A DNA stretch of 64,000 bases from Candidatus Altiarchaeota archaeon (GCA_043813075.1 JBDRLL010000003.1:96001-160000), one strand, 5' to 3'. Positions 28,544 to 37,913 are shown, counted from the first letter of the stretch. Translations and numbers: made by a program. The notes: generated from the letters alone by a model not told the origin.

Positions 28544-28948
28544 TTACCCGGACTTGTTTTTGTTTTTCATCTCCCGGAACTTCTCCTTCAGGTCGTCGGG
28601 GGAGCTGACGTTGGAGAACACGAGCTCATAGCCGGTAGAGCCGGCGGTATTGAAGTAGAGTGTGCCGTAGTTCAGAAGCTTGCCCACCATGCCCTGCTTT
28701 ATGATTATGTCCTGTATCTTATCCAAGTCCGCCTCGCGTTTCGTCGTCGACAGGAAACCATACTTGACTTTTATGCGCTCGCTCGTCACCTCATACTTCC
28801 AACGGTTCATCTTCAGCACGCCGAGGATTAGTATGGGTATCCCGAATATAGCGAATATGAATGTTATCGTCAGGAAACCTCCGATTAGCCAGTACCAGTA
28901 AAGGCTCGCAGGCGCGAGCCCACCCTTCCAGACAACCTCCTCCGCCAT
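28544..28948 (-). CDS. Bacterial PH domain (bPH_2) membrane protein
   Basis: YEVTSERI..KYGFLS, IQDI.IKQG..GKLLNYGTL..TAG; start MAEEV at 28948. Confidence 0.85.
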   Translation of the reverse strand: MAEEVVWKGGLAPASLYWYWLIGGFLTITFIFAIFGIPILILGVLKMNRWKYEVTSERIKVKYGFLSTTKREADLDKIQDIIIKQGMVGKLLNYGTLYFNTAGSTGYELVFSNVSSPDDLKEKFREMKNKNKSG

Positions 28949-28992
28949 GGTAAATCCTTTTCTTTTGTAAAATAAGTTTCTTTCTTTTTCGT

Positions 28993-29031
28993 AAACGTTT
29001 TTCTTTCTTTCCCAAAGAAAGAAAAAGGTTT
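28993..29031. repeat. Long A/T-rich inverted repeat (possible terminator)
   Basis: TTTTTCTTTCTTT-CCC-AAAGAAAGAAAAA: perfect 13-bp arms (28998-29010 / 29014-29026), extended by AAAC/GTTT after one mismatch. Confidence 0.8.
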
Positions 29032-29112
29032 GCCGCCGACGAGACATTCAGAAGCCTTAGGCTTCTGATGCGCCGGAATCGCTCTTGCGATTCCGAGCGT
29101 TTGAACTCGCGA
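29028..29112 (-). repeat. Duplicate of the tRNA-Phe 3' end with a 55-nt double-hairpin insertion in the T-loop
   Basis: 29028-29044 = 29117-29133 and 29100-29112 = 29134-29146; insert 29045-29099 folds into two hairpins. Confidence 0.85.
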
Positions 29113-29119
29113 TGGTGTT

Positions 29120-29223
29120 TGCCGCCGACGAGATTTGAACTCGCGACACCCCGGTTTCGAAAAGCCTTTTGGACTAAGGGGCTCTCTTCAGCCGAGTGCT
29201 CTCCCAGACTGAGCTACAGCGGC
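29120..29223 (-). tRNA. tRNA-Phe(GAA) with 30-nt intron at position 37/38 (29156-29185)
   Basis: GCCGCTG acceptor, GCTC/GAGC D-stem, CTCGG-CT-GAA-G|intron|A-CCGGG, GCGAG-TTCAAAT-CTCGT T-arm, discriminator A, CCA not encoded; BHB-like fold at the junctions. Confidence 0.95.
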
Positions 29224-29374
29224 GAACGCTAGTAACTTATTTCAAGGGTTTATTTCTTGTTGTTTTGGGTTTAAATTCTTTTCTAAATGATTTTTAATGT
29301 TTTTAATGTGGTTTTGATGAAGTTGACGTTTGGTTTGGCGTATATATCAGCATGCAATGCCCTTTTCTTAACAC

Positions 29375-30652
29375 ATGGCTGCCGTAGAATCTGAGAGGGA
29401 ACCTAGACTAACACCCAATCAAATACGCCTAGTTAGGGCCTCTCGTTTCTCGAGGGAGGATGAGAGGCGCTTGGACGAGCTTTTGAAAGGTCCTTTACCT
29501 GACGACCCCAACAGAGGCCTGATTGCTGATGGACTTAGGAGTGAGTATGGACTTCAGGGTGTTGATGATGGTGTTCTCGCGCCGTTGGTTCGGCTTAGGG
29601 TTATGAGGCAGGGTTTGAGGGGGAGGTTAGGGGTAAGCGCTCAGGATGAGGAGGGCTTGCGCGAGTTCATTCGGGTAGAGCCGGGGGAGATTGACAAGTA
29701 TGAGGATTTCGCTCAGAGCTTGAGGAACATGGTGAGAATCCAGGAGGGGATTGGAAGTCGCATAGGCGAGTGGTTGGACGGCAGGGTGGACGAGAGAGTT
29801 GAGAGCGCATGCAAGAGTGAGATTGAAGGCATCAAGTTTCTCACGTTCATAGAGAATCTTGGCGGTGTCGGGGAATACCATAAGGTGCCTGGGATAATAA
29901 CCGAGACTGTTCAGACTGGGAATAGGTTCCTAAGCGACATCATCGGATTCACTGGATACAATACCCTACTCGACACTGACCTGACGGAGAGGATTAAGAA
30001 GCGTTTTGAAGGCCAGCGGCAGGTCAACATCTTGGACTCCGGATGCGGCAAGGGAAGTGCCTTGGCTGAGTTGGTCCAGAATCTGGATAAGGAGTGGGGC
30101 GGCCACACGGTTTTGGATGAGGGTGGTGAGAAGATAGTCTTATTCCGGAACGGTAAGCGACTTAAACTAGTGGGTGTGAGCAGGCTGGAGTACAAGCCGC
30201 ACCAGGATTACATAAATTACGTTGTTAGTGACATAAACCAAGCGCCACTTAAAGGACCCTTTGACGAGATATGGGACGTGTACGGGCCATTAACATATAT
30301 TTTAGAGAAAAAAGAACTGTTGGAGAAGTACTACCGACTTCTAAGGAAGGATGGGGACGGTGGCGAGGCAGGAGCAGTGAGGATAGCGACTAATGAGATG
30401 ATAATACTGCCCCCCAACCTCAATAAACCATTGGAGGAGCTGAATAGTGATGATGTTGAAGCTGGTGGAAGAGAGCTCTCGAGGAGGGTGGACGGCTTTG
30501 AATTGAAAGTCATACGCAGACGGTCGTTGGCTATCGAATTGCGTAGGCTTCACGATCAGATTCAACTGCCACTTGGAAAAGGAGAACCAGTAGCGTATGG
30601 TGGGATATACGTCACAGGCGTTAGAGAGATATACAAGGTGGAGTCGGATTAG
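29375..30652 (+). CDS. Class I SAM-dependent methyltransferase with long N-terminal extension
   Basis: ILDSGCGKG motif at ~aa 220, FDEIWDVYG..Y; first ~200 aa unrecognised. Confidence 0.7.
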   Translation: MAAVESEREPRLTPNQIRLVRASRFSREDERRLDELLKGPLPDDPNRGLIADGLRSEYGLQGVDDGVLAPLVRLRVMRQGLRGRLGVSAQDEEGLREFIRVEPGEIDKYEDFAQSLRNMVRIQEGIGSRIGEWLDGRVDERVESACKSEIEGIKFLTFIENLGGVGEYHKVPGIITETVQTGNRFLSDIIGFTGYNTLLDTDLTERIKKRFEGQRQVNILDSGCGKGSALAELVQNLDKEWGGHTVLDEGGEKIVLFRNGKRLKLVGVSRLEYKPHQDYINYVVSDINQAPLKGPFDEIWDVYGPLTYILEKKELLEKYYRLLRKDGDGGEAGAVRIATNEMIILPPNLNKPLEELNSDDVEAGGRELSRRVDGFELKVIRRRSLAIELRRLHDQIQLPLGKGEPVAYGGIYVTGVREIYKVESD

Positions 30653-30698
30653 TAGAATGCTTCCAGACGTGATTCACATGTAGTTAGATTGGGGGAAT

Positions 30699-30956
30699 TC
30701 AGAGTATCTCCGCCTTGGTGCCCAACGCCTGCCCGGGAAGCCCGTTCTCAAAATGGGCCACCACAGCCCCCTTCCCGCCGTGCGTTCTCGTTACTTCACC
30801 AGCCAGCTTCTTGCCTGAGGACGTCGTCCACTCGACCTTCTTGCCCAAGAGTTTCTCTGCATCCTCCTTGCTCTTCGAATCCGCAGGCTGGAGCACCATC
30901 TGCTTGTTGTTCTGCGTGCGCCTGCCGCCCCGGTAGCTTACGACAACTGCTTCCAT
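30699..30956 (-). CDS. rpl35ae: 50S ribosomal protein L35Ae
   Basis: MEAVVVSYRGGRRTQ...RTHGGKGAV.A.F..GLPGQALG. Confidence 0.95.
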   Translation of the reverse strand: MEAVVVSYRGGRRTQNNKQMVLQPADSKSKEDAEKLLGKKVEWTTSSGKKLAGEVTRTHGGKGAVVAHFENGLPGQALGTKAEIL

Positions 30957-31055
30957 CTTAAAAGGTATATATATTGTGCAATCGGCCTTTAAAAAGAGGT
31001 TTCGACCATGGAACTGTTTTGTTTTTATATTATGCTTCTTAATTAAGAGGCACAT

Positions 31056-31589
31056 ATGAAGGAGGTTCGTTTCCACGGTCGGGGGGGTCAGGGTGCTGTG
31101 ACTGCCGCCATGATACTTTCTGTTGCAGCCTTCCATGACGGCAAATACACGCAGGCGTTCCCGAAATTTGGTGTGGAACGGAGGGGTGCTCCTGTGCAGG
31201 CTTTCACCCGTATTTCCGACGAGTTCGTGAGGCGTAAGAGCCAGGTCTACACGCCGGATTACCTTGTAGTCCTCGACAGCACGCTATTCGGCGCTGAAAA
31301 TATCACTGACGGTTTTAAGGAGGACGGCATGATCATAGTAAACACCAACATGAGTGCAGGCGACTTGGGGCTTAAGGGTTTGAACGTCAAGACCCTTGAC
31401 GTCAGCAAGCTCGCTATGGAGGTCTTGGGCAGGGATATTGTGAATACCGCCATGCTCGGCGCCTTCGCGGGATTCACCGGCGAAGTGAGTCTTGAGGGGC
31501 TTCTGAAGGGTGTTGAAGGGCAGTTCTCAGGCGCCATAGCCGAGAAGAACAAGAAACTAGTTGAGGAAGTTTATAATCAGTCAAAATGA
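31056..31589 (+). CDS. porC: Pyruvate/2-oxoacid:ferredoxin oxidoreductase gamma subunit
   Basis: EVRFHGRGGQGAVT, FGVERRGAPV, VNTAMLGA. Confidence 0.93.
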   Translation: MKEVRFHGRGGQGAVTAAMILSVAAFHDGKYTQAFPKFGVERRGAPVQAFTRISDEFVRRKSQVYTPDYLVVLDSTLFGAENITDGFKEDGMIIVNTNMSAGDLGLKGLNVKTLDVSKLAMEVLGRDIVNTAMLGAFAGFTGEVSLEGLLKGVEGQFSGAIAEKNKKLVEEVYNQSK

Positions 31590-31885
31590 GCGTCGACTTG
31601 GGCAAGAAAAAACTGGCTGGAGTTGAGATAACCACAGGCTGTGTTCTGCCCAGCGACGGGAGCACTAAGGCTAACAAGACGGGCGGATGGCGTGCCATGA
31701 GGCCTGTCACCGACCATGAGAAGTGCACTGCCTGCGGCATCTGCTGGGCCTACTGTCCTGACGCGTCGCGGGTTAAAGCCAAGGACGGGAAGTATGATTT
31801 TGACGAGGACTACTGTAAGGGCTGCGGCATCTGCGCCGACGTGTGTCCAGTCAAATGCATTAAGATGGTGGTGGAAGAGAAATGA
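31586..31885 (+). CDS. porD: Pyruvate/2-oxoacid:ferredoxin oxidoreductase delta subunit
   Basis: KTGGWR, CTACGICWAYCP, YCKGCGICADVCP. Confidence 0.93.
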   Translation: MSVDLGKKKLAGVEITTGCVLPSDGSTKANKTGGWRAMRPVTDHEKCTACGICWAYCPDASRVKAKDGKYDFDEDYCKGCGICADVCPVKCIKMVVEEK

Positions 31886-31908
31886 ATGTCATAATTATGT
31901 CTTGCCCA

Positions 31909-31964
31909 GTGCGGCTAAGCGAAGCGCATGCCGCACCTTTTGATGAAACTTTTGCAAAAGTTTC
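31909..31964. repeat. Intergenic double-hairpin element within the por operon
   Basis: GTGCGGC...GCCGCAC (31909-31936) and perfect 20-bp palindrome GAAACTTTTGCAAAAGTTTC (31945-31964). Confidence 0.75.
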
Positions 31965-31976
31965 GGGGGAGGAAAA

Positions 31977-33149
31977 ATGAGGGAGGTTATGGAGGCGTCT
32001 CACGCCATTTCGGATGCTGTTAAGGCGATTGAGCCGGATGTTATAGCCGCCTACCCGATTACGCCGCAGACTCACATAGTAGAGAGGATTTCCGAGTTCG
32101 TGGCTAACGGTGAGATAAACTCTGAGTACATTAGGGTTGAGTCAGAGTTCAGCGCCATATCAGCTTGTTTGGGCGCTTCCGCCGCAGGCTCCAGGGCGTA
32201 TACTTCAACATCATCCCAGGGCCTCGCCTTGATGCATGAGATCCTGTTCATAGTCTCGGGAATGAGGCTTCCAGTCTGTATGTCGGTTGTGAACAGGGCT
32301 TTGAGCGCGCCAATCAACATCTGGAACGACCATTCTGACACTATGGCAGAGAGGGATACCGGCTGGATACAGTTGTATGTGGAGACCGCTCAGGAAGGTT
32401 ATGACATGACGATAATGCAGCATAAGATAAGCGAGGACAAGAGGGTGCTTCTACCGTCAATGGTCTGCATGGACGGCTTCACCCTATCACACGTTTATGA
32501 GCCTGCTGAGATACACTCCAAAGAGGAGGTGGACTCGTTCCTGCCTAAATTCAAGCCTGTTCACGCCGTATTAGACCCTAAGGAGCCGTTGACGCAGGGG
32601 CCGATAGGATTCCCAACCCACTACATGGAGTTCAAGAAGGATTTAGAGGATGCCATGAGGAACTCGCTCCCAGTGATAGGGGAGGTTATGAGGGACTACA
32701 GCAAGAAGTTCAAGTGCGGCATCAAGTATTCAAGGCCAGAGAAGTATTATCACGTCGAAGAGTACAAGACTGATGACGCTGACGTGACCCTTGTTGCAAT
32801 GGGTTCCGTGTGCGGCACGATAAAGGAGGTCATTGACCAGCTGAGGGAGAAGGGTGTGAAGGCTGGGTTGCTAAAGATAATAACCTACAGGCCGTTCCCC
32901 GCAAAGCTCATAGTCGAGAAGCTGAAGGGCGCCGGCAAGGTGGCTGTTGTTGAAAAGGCCATGTCACCAGGATTCGGCGGGCCATTATACGGCGAAATCG
33001 CAGCAACCATGTATGATTCGGATGAGAAGCCTGAGTTGAGGAACTTCATAGTTGGCTTGGGAGGGCGTGACGTCCGCCTGGATCATGTTGAGAGGATAAT
33101 AGACATGACCCTCAAGGGAGAGGGGAAGAGGGAGGAGTGGATGTTCTAA
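31977..33149 (+). CDS. porA: Pyruvate:ferredoxin oxidoreductase alpha subunit
   Basis: AAYPITPQT, ESEFSA, TSSQGLALMHE, NRALSAP, GLGGRD. Confidence 0.95.
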   Translation: MREVMEASHAISDAVKAIEPDVIAAYPITPQTHIVERISEFVANGEINSEYIRVESEFSAISACLGASAAGSRAYTSTSSQGLALMHEILFIVSGMRLPVCMSVVNRALSAPINIWNDHSDTMAERDTGWIQLYVETAQEGYDMTIMQHKISEDKRVLLPSMVCMDGFTLSHVYEPAEIHSKEEVDSFLPKFKPVHAVLDPKEPLTQGPIGFPTHYMEFKKDLEDAMRNSLPVIGEVMRDYSKKFKCGIKYSRPEKYYHVEEYKTDDADVTLVAMGSVCGTIKEVIDQLREKGVKAGLLKIITYRPFPAKLIVEKLKGAGKVAVVEKAMSPGFGGPLYGEIAATMYDSDEKPELRNFIVGLGGRDVRLDHVERIIDMTLKGEGKREEWMF

Positions 33150-33150
33150 G

Positions 33151-34065
33151 ATGGCGATACTTGGTTTAGATGAGAAGGAGTATTTCGCGAAAGGCCATAG
33201 GGCGTGCGCCGGCTGCGGTGAAGCCCTGGCTTTAAGGCTCATAATGAAGGCTGCAGGCCCGAATACGGTCGTCACACAGTGCACTGGATGCATGGAGGTC
33301 GTTTCCACCCCGTATCCTGAGACTGCATGGGAGGTTCCATGGGTTCACGGCGCCTTCGAGAACAATGCGTCAATAGCGTCCGGTGTGGAGCGTGCGTTGA
33401 AGATGCAAGGCAAGGAAGACGTTAACGTCCTTGTTCTGGGCGGAGATGGTGGAACATACGACATCGGGTTCCGCGGGCTCTCAGGCGCATTTGAGAGGGG
33501 GCATAATATCACTTACGTGTGCACCGACAACGAGGCCTACATGAACACTGGAATACAGAGGAGCGGTGCAACACCTTACGGTGGCTCCACCACCACTTCC
33601 CCTGCTGGAAAGAATACTATCGGAAAGGAAGAGTGGAAGAAGGACATAATCCATATAATGGCTGCGCATGGCTCGCCTTACGTGGCGACGGCTTCAGTGG
33701 GATACCATACGGACCTGGTTAGGAAGATAAAGACTGCCCTCGAGACTAAGGGGCCGACTTTCGTGAACGTGTATTGTCCGTGCACTCCCGGCTGGAGGAT
33801 CGATCCGTCCGCAACGATAAAGGTCGCTAAACTTGGTGTTGAGACTGGGGCTACCCCGCTCTTCGAGATAATCGGCGGCAAACACAAGGTGAACATGCCA
33901 AGAGACCCTGGCAAGCTGAAGCCTGTTGAAGAGTACTTGAAGCTCCAAGGCAGGTTCAGGCAGCTCTTCAAGCCAGAGGAGAAGAAGGAGGACCTCAAGT
34001 ACATTGGAGACAGGATACGGAAAAATCTTGAGACCCTTCTGGCTTACGAGGAGAAGGGCTTCTAA
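33151..34065 (+). CDS. porB: Pyruvate:ferredoxin oxidoreductase beta subunit
   Basis: GHRACAGCG, GGDGGTYDIG, DNEAYMNTGIQRS, QGRF. Confidence 0.95.
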   Translation: MAILGLDEKEYFAKGHRACAGCGEALALRLIMKAAGPNTVVTQCTGCMEVVSTPYPETAWEVPWVHGAFENNASIASGVERALKMQGKEDVNVLVLGGDGGTYDIGFRGLSGAFERGHNITYVCTDNEAYMNTGIQRSGATPYGGSTTTSPAGKNTIGKEEWKKDIIHIMAAHGSPYVATASVGYHTDLVRKIKTALETKGPTFVNVYCPCTPGWRIDPSATIKVAKLGVETGATPLFEIIGGKHKVNMPRDPGKLKPVEEYLKLQGRFRQLFKPEEKKEDLKYIGDRIRKNLETLLAYEEKGF

Positions 34066-34128
34066 GCTTCTACCGCCTATCGCCGGGTTTGAAGCCGTAT
34101 TTTCGCGGCTGTTTCCCGTAATAATAAG

Positions 34129-35865
34129 ATGATTGGCAACAACAATCATGGGCGGAATTCTAGCGGAGCCGTAATCCTACCCAGCAGGGAAGAACTAGAG
34201 AAGGTTGGACTGTTTTCCAGGATGAGGGAAAACAGGAAGAGGATAAGGACGGTTTTAGGGGATAAGGACGTAATGTACGTTTCATTCAGAATCGACGACA
34301 GGGCGCTTGACGGAGTCTCCCTTGAGATAGATGAGTGGACTAAGGCCCTACACGGGATGTGCAAGAGCATCAGCTTCTTCTCAGGAGACACTAAGAACCC
34401 GGGATTCCTTGATGATAAGGACATGATCGAGCACCCGATATGCCATTTCACGAGGCCTGAGATACGGGGTATTACAGACGAGTGGTTTGAGAGGGATGAT
34501 ATAACCGGTGCGGAGGTTGAAGTGCTTACAGGATTTAGGAGTATAAGTGATGGCGCTTTCACTAGGCTGAAGCGTATTGGAAGCTATTTAGGGGCGGGCA
34601 GCCCAACTGAAGATGGCGTGCGCAAGCTCATCGGCGATGACGAGACAGGCAGTGAAGTGAGGAATCTTATGCGCGACACAACGGTTGGTGTAGAACAGGA
34701 AGACTTCATGCTGGGGGTGAAGAGGGCGACAGAGCTCGTGAAGCTCCTGGGCATAAAAAACCAGATTAAAGAGTATCTGCTAAAGGCAGCCAGGGAAAAG
34801 AAGACGGACGTCATGATAGTGGACAACGTGCTATGCTATCCAGGTAACATACCATTCTCTCTCGCAGTAGTTGAGGCAGCCAACCAGCTAAACAGGGATG
34901 GGGGGATGATGGTTGTAAACCACAGCCACGACTTCTGGTGGGAGCAGGAGAGGTTCAACGCGAAAGGCCCTAACATGGAGACGCTGATGGAGTATCTCGC
35001 GACGGGGGTGGAAAACCAGAGTGTGGCTGTCATAAACACTCCTGCAAAGGAGGAGTTGGAGCGTAGGACTGGAGTAAAGGCTGTTGTGATGCCCAATGTC
35101 AGGGACTTCGACAATGTTGAGGAGACCAGCCGGGACACGGTCAGAGGCTTCAGGCAGCTGGTGCTTGAAAGCGAGGACGACATAATGCTCCTACTGCCGG
35201 TTCGACCGGTAAGGAGGAAGAACCTTAGGCTATCCGTAGAGCTCGCTGATGAACTGCAGAAGAGGCTTGAAGAGCGGGGGGACAAGAGGAAGGTGAGGCT
35301 TGTGGTAACACACCCGCCTGACGATGAAGGCGACGGATACCTCCGTAGCGTACAAGAGTATGGATTGCGGAGGGGGATACTGGTTATTGACGCCAGTAGA
35401 TTAGTGAGGAAGACGAAGACCGGAATGGATGATGGAGTGGAAGTATCCGATATCCTAACATCAAATGGGAAGTCCGGTAGGATAGGGCCTGAAGCCGTGA
35501 GGGTCATGCGTGATGGAATAACGCTGGACGAAGCATATGACGCGTGCGACATGGTAGTATACAGTACTTCAAGGGAGGGTTATGGGAACGTGATACCAGA
35601 GGCTGTTAGAAAACGGAAACCATTAGCAAGCTCTGATTACCGTATAGCTAAAACAGACATACTACCTAATGGCTTTGACTTCATTATAATCCAGGGGGAT
35701 GGTTTGAAGCCGTCTTCCGAAAAGATGGTTGATATGATATGCGACCCTGAGAGGAGGAGCGAGAATGTTGAGGGAAACTTCAGCAGGGGGAGACTGCACA
35801 TGTCGTACGACACCTTCTACGAGAGATTCCTCAGCCTAGTCGACAGCCTACAGACCGCGACATAA
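34129..35865 (+). CDS. GT4-type glycosyltransferase (DGVSLE subfamily) with insertions
   Basis: DGVSLE, HSHDFWWEQERF, PVRPVRRKN, YSTSREGYGN. Confidence 0.8.
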   Translation: MIGNNNHGRNSSGAVILPSREELEKVGLFSRMRENRKRIRTVLGDKDVMYVSFRIDDRALDGVSLEIDEWTKALHGMCKSISFFSGDTKNPGFLDDKDMIEHPICHFTRPEIRGITDEWFERDDITGAEVEVLTGFRSISDGAFTRLKRIGSYLGAGSPTEDGVRKLIGDDETGSEVRNLMRDTTVGVEQEDFMLGVKRATELVKLLGIKNQIKEYLLKAAREKKTDVMIVDNVLCYPGNIPFSLAVVEAANQLNRDGGMMVVNHSHDFWWEQERFNAKGPNMETLMEYLATGVENQSVAVINTPAKEELERRTGVKAVVMPNVRDFDNVEETSRDTVRGFRQLVLESEDDIMLLLPVRPVRRKNLRLSVELADELQKRLEERGDKRKVRLVVTHPPDDEGDGYLRSVQEYGLRRGILVIDASRLVRKTKTGMDDGVEVSDILTSNGKSGRIGPEAVRVMRDGITLDEAYDACDMVVYSTSREGYGNVIPEAVRKRKPLASSDYRIAKTDILPNGFDFIIIQGDGLKPSSEKMVDMICDPERRSENVEGNFSRGRLHMSYDTFYERFLSLVDSLQTAT

Positions 35866-36005
35866 GCATGATTGATGGTGAAAACAGGGGGGCAGTCATT
35901 CGCGTGCACACGTTTTTTAAGCACTAGAATCTCATATTATACACGATTTAAACAAAATAAGTCAACCTTGAATTAGATTTTTTAAGGTGACGTGAGGGGT
36001 TAAAC

Positions 36006-37136
36006 ATGGATTCGATAGTTCAAAACGCGATAAACAAGGCCGTGTCAGGCAGCGGAGGGACGCCTTCCAGGCCAAACGTTTCTGACTCGGACGAAGAGTT
36101 AAAGAGGATTGTTGAAGGTATAAAGACCTCCATAAAGGTTGTTGGATGTGGGGGAGCTGGGTCAAACACGATAGACCGTCTGATGGAGATGGGTGTTGAA
36201 GGCGGTGAGGTAATAGCCGTAAACACTGACGCACTTCATCTATTGTACTGTAAGGCCCCGATGAAGGTTCTTATCGGAACGAGCATTACCGGCGGGGTTG
36301 GTGCTGGAAACGATCCGGAGATAGGGGAACAGTGCGCTGAAAGCGATGTGGACAAGATTTCAACGTCTCTTCAGGGCTCTGACATGATATTCATAACGTG
36401 CGGGCTTGGCGGCGGTACTGGAACAGGTAGCGCGCCGGTCGTTGCTGAAGTTGCTGAAGACCTGCAGGCGCTGACAATAGCCATAGTGACTCTGCCATTC
36501 AGTGTTGAAGGTAGGGTGAGGGCGACTAACGCGCTGCGGGGGCTTAAGAAGCTCAGGAAATACGCTGACACAGTAATCGTGATACCGAACGACAGGCTTC
36601 TGGACATAGCACCTAACCTTCCGTTGAACGCCGCATTCAAGGTAGCTGACGAACTGCTTGCGAACGGCGTTAAGGGCATCACAGAGATGGTCACCAAGCC
36701 GGGGTTAGTGAACTTGGACTTCGCTGACGTGCGAGCCATAATGAAGGACGGTGGCACGGCGATGATAGGCATGGGCGCGTCGTCAAAAGACACTTCCATG
36801 GACGCCAGATCAAGGGAGTCCGTAGAGAAGGCTTTGACGTCACCGTTGCTTGACACAGAGATAAACAATGCCACTGGCGCGTTGATAAACATTATTGGAA
36901 GCAGGGACATGACGCTAGAGGAGGCTGAGGAGATTGTGAGGATCGTTTCCGAGAGGATAAGCCCTGACGCAGAGATAATCTGGGGTGCGCAGATAGACGA
37001 GACACTTGACAGGAACGTCATAAAGACGCTTCTAATACTCTCAGGGGTCAGTGTCCCAGGATACGAGGAAGCCCTAGAGGAGAAGGTAGAGAGGGGCGGC
37101 GACGAACACATGGACATAGGCTTAAAACACCTCTAA
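36006..37136 (+). CDS. ftsZ: Cell division protein FtsZ
   Basis: [25 protein letters not shown]. Confidence 0.98.
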   Translation: MDSIVQNAINKAVSGSGGTPSRPNVSDSDEELKRIVEGIKTSIKVVGCGGAGSNTIDRLMEMGVEGGEVIAVNTDALHLLYCKAPMKVLIGTSITGGVGAGNDPEIGEQCAESDVDKISTSLQGSDMIFITCGLGGGTGTGSAPVVAEVAEDLQALTIAIVTLPFSVEGRVRATNALRGLKKLRKYADTVIVIPNDRLLDIAPNLPLNAAFKVADELLANGVKGITEMVTKPGLVNLDFADVRAIMKDGGTAMIGMGASSKDTSMDARSRESVEKALTSPLLDTEINNATGALINIIGSRDMTLEEAEEIVRIVSERISPDAEIIWGAQIDETLDRNVIKTLLILSGVSVPGYEEALEEKVERGGDEHMDIGLKHL

Positions 37137-37237
37137 AACCCTTAATTCCCCCTTAACAGGGGGATATCCATTTATTTCATGTCTTAGTTTTAGACAGGGA
37201 TTATTTTTAAGTTCTGAATCAGAAGTTTTAAGCCAAC

Positions 37238-37402
37238 ATGCGTCTAGCAAGTGCCTTAAGGGATACCAGGAGGATTTTAAGGCTCACCAGAAAGCCCAAG
37301 CAGTCCGAATTCATGGAGACTGTAAGAGTCACCAGCATAGGGATAATAGTTATCGGACTGGTGGGGGCGTTAATATTCATAATATCGAGGATAGTCGAGT
37401 AA
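37238..37402 (+). CDS. secE: Protein translocase subunit SecE/Sec61-gamma (54 aa, below ORF-track cutoff)
   Basis: MRLASALRDTRRILRLTRKPKQSEF...GIIVIGLVGALI; canonical position between ftsZ and spt5. Confidence 0.93.
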   Translation: MRLASALRDTRRILRLTRKPKQSEFMETVRVTSIGIIVIGLVGALIFIISRIVE

Positions 37403-37403
37403 G

Positions 37404-37913
37404 ATGCCGATATACGCTGTTAAAGCAACCGCAGGACAGGAGCGCGTAGTAGCCGAACTAGTGTACCGGGAGGCGGTTAACAGGAGGGAGGAGATACTGC
37501 GCGAGGGAGGGGAGATATACAGCATACTCTACACCACAGGACTCAAGGGATACGTGCTTGTTGAAGCAAGCGGCCCCGGTGTTGTGGAAGACCTTGCCAG
37601 GAACGTGCCGAAAACGCGTGGACTTCTATTGAAGGAGAAGGGGAACCTGGATTCTGCTGGAGTAATACCTATCAGCGACTTGGAGAACACGCTATCCCCG
37701 AAGCCGATAGTGAACGACGTGTCCAGGGGAGACTTGATAGAGCTTATCGCAGGACCATTCAAGGGGGAGAAGGCTAGGATAGCCAGGATAGACGAGGACA
37801 AGAACGAGATAACAGTCGAGCTGATAGAGGCTGCAGTACCCATACCCGTCGTAGTTAGCGGTGAGGACATAAAGGTCATCAGGAAAGAGGAGGATGGAGA
37901 GGAGAATGGATGA
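37404..37913 (+). CDS. spt5: Transcription elongation factor Spt5
   Basis: AVKATAGQE, KGYVLVEA, KOW motif GDLIELIAGPFKGEKA. Confidence 0.96.
   Translation: MPIYAVKATAGQERVVAELVYREAVNRREEILREGGEIYSILYTTGLKGYVLVEASGPGVVEDLARNVPKTRGLLLKEKGNLDSAGVIPISDLENTLSPKPIVNDVSRGDLIELIAGPFKGEKARIARIDEDKNEITVELIEAAVPIPVVVSGEDIKVIRKEEDGEENG

Noticed and set aside
28949-29047. N-terminal extension of the PH-domain ORF
   Set aside because: Runs through the hairpin and tRNA-duplicate region; low-complexity K/F sequence; likely start is 28948.
29028-29146. Direct repeat as a CRISPR array or prophage att pair
   Set aside because: Only two copies, tRNA-derived, a few nt apart, with no cas or integrase gene and no cargo; kept as a separate finding instead.
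30957-31136. N-terminal extension of rpl35ae
   Set aside because: Crosses the divergent promoter and porC; the L35Ae match starts at 30956.
34836-35552. 238-aa minus-strand ORF
   Set aside because: Antisense shadow of the GT4 gene.
36371-37117. 248-aa minus-strand ORF
   Set aside because: Antisense shadow of ftsZ.
37137-37237. Short palindromes after ftsZ (TCCCCC/GGGGGA; TTCTGA-A-TCAGAA)
   Set aside because: 6-bp arms can occur by chance; there is no second copy to support an operator.
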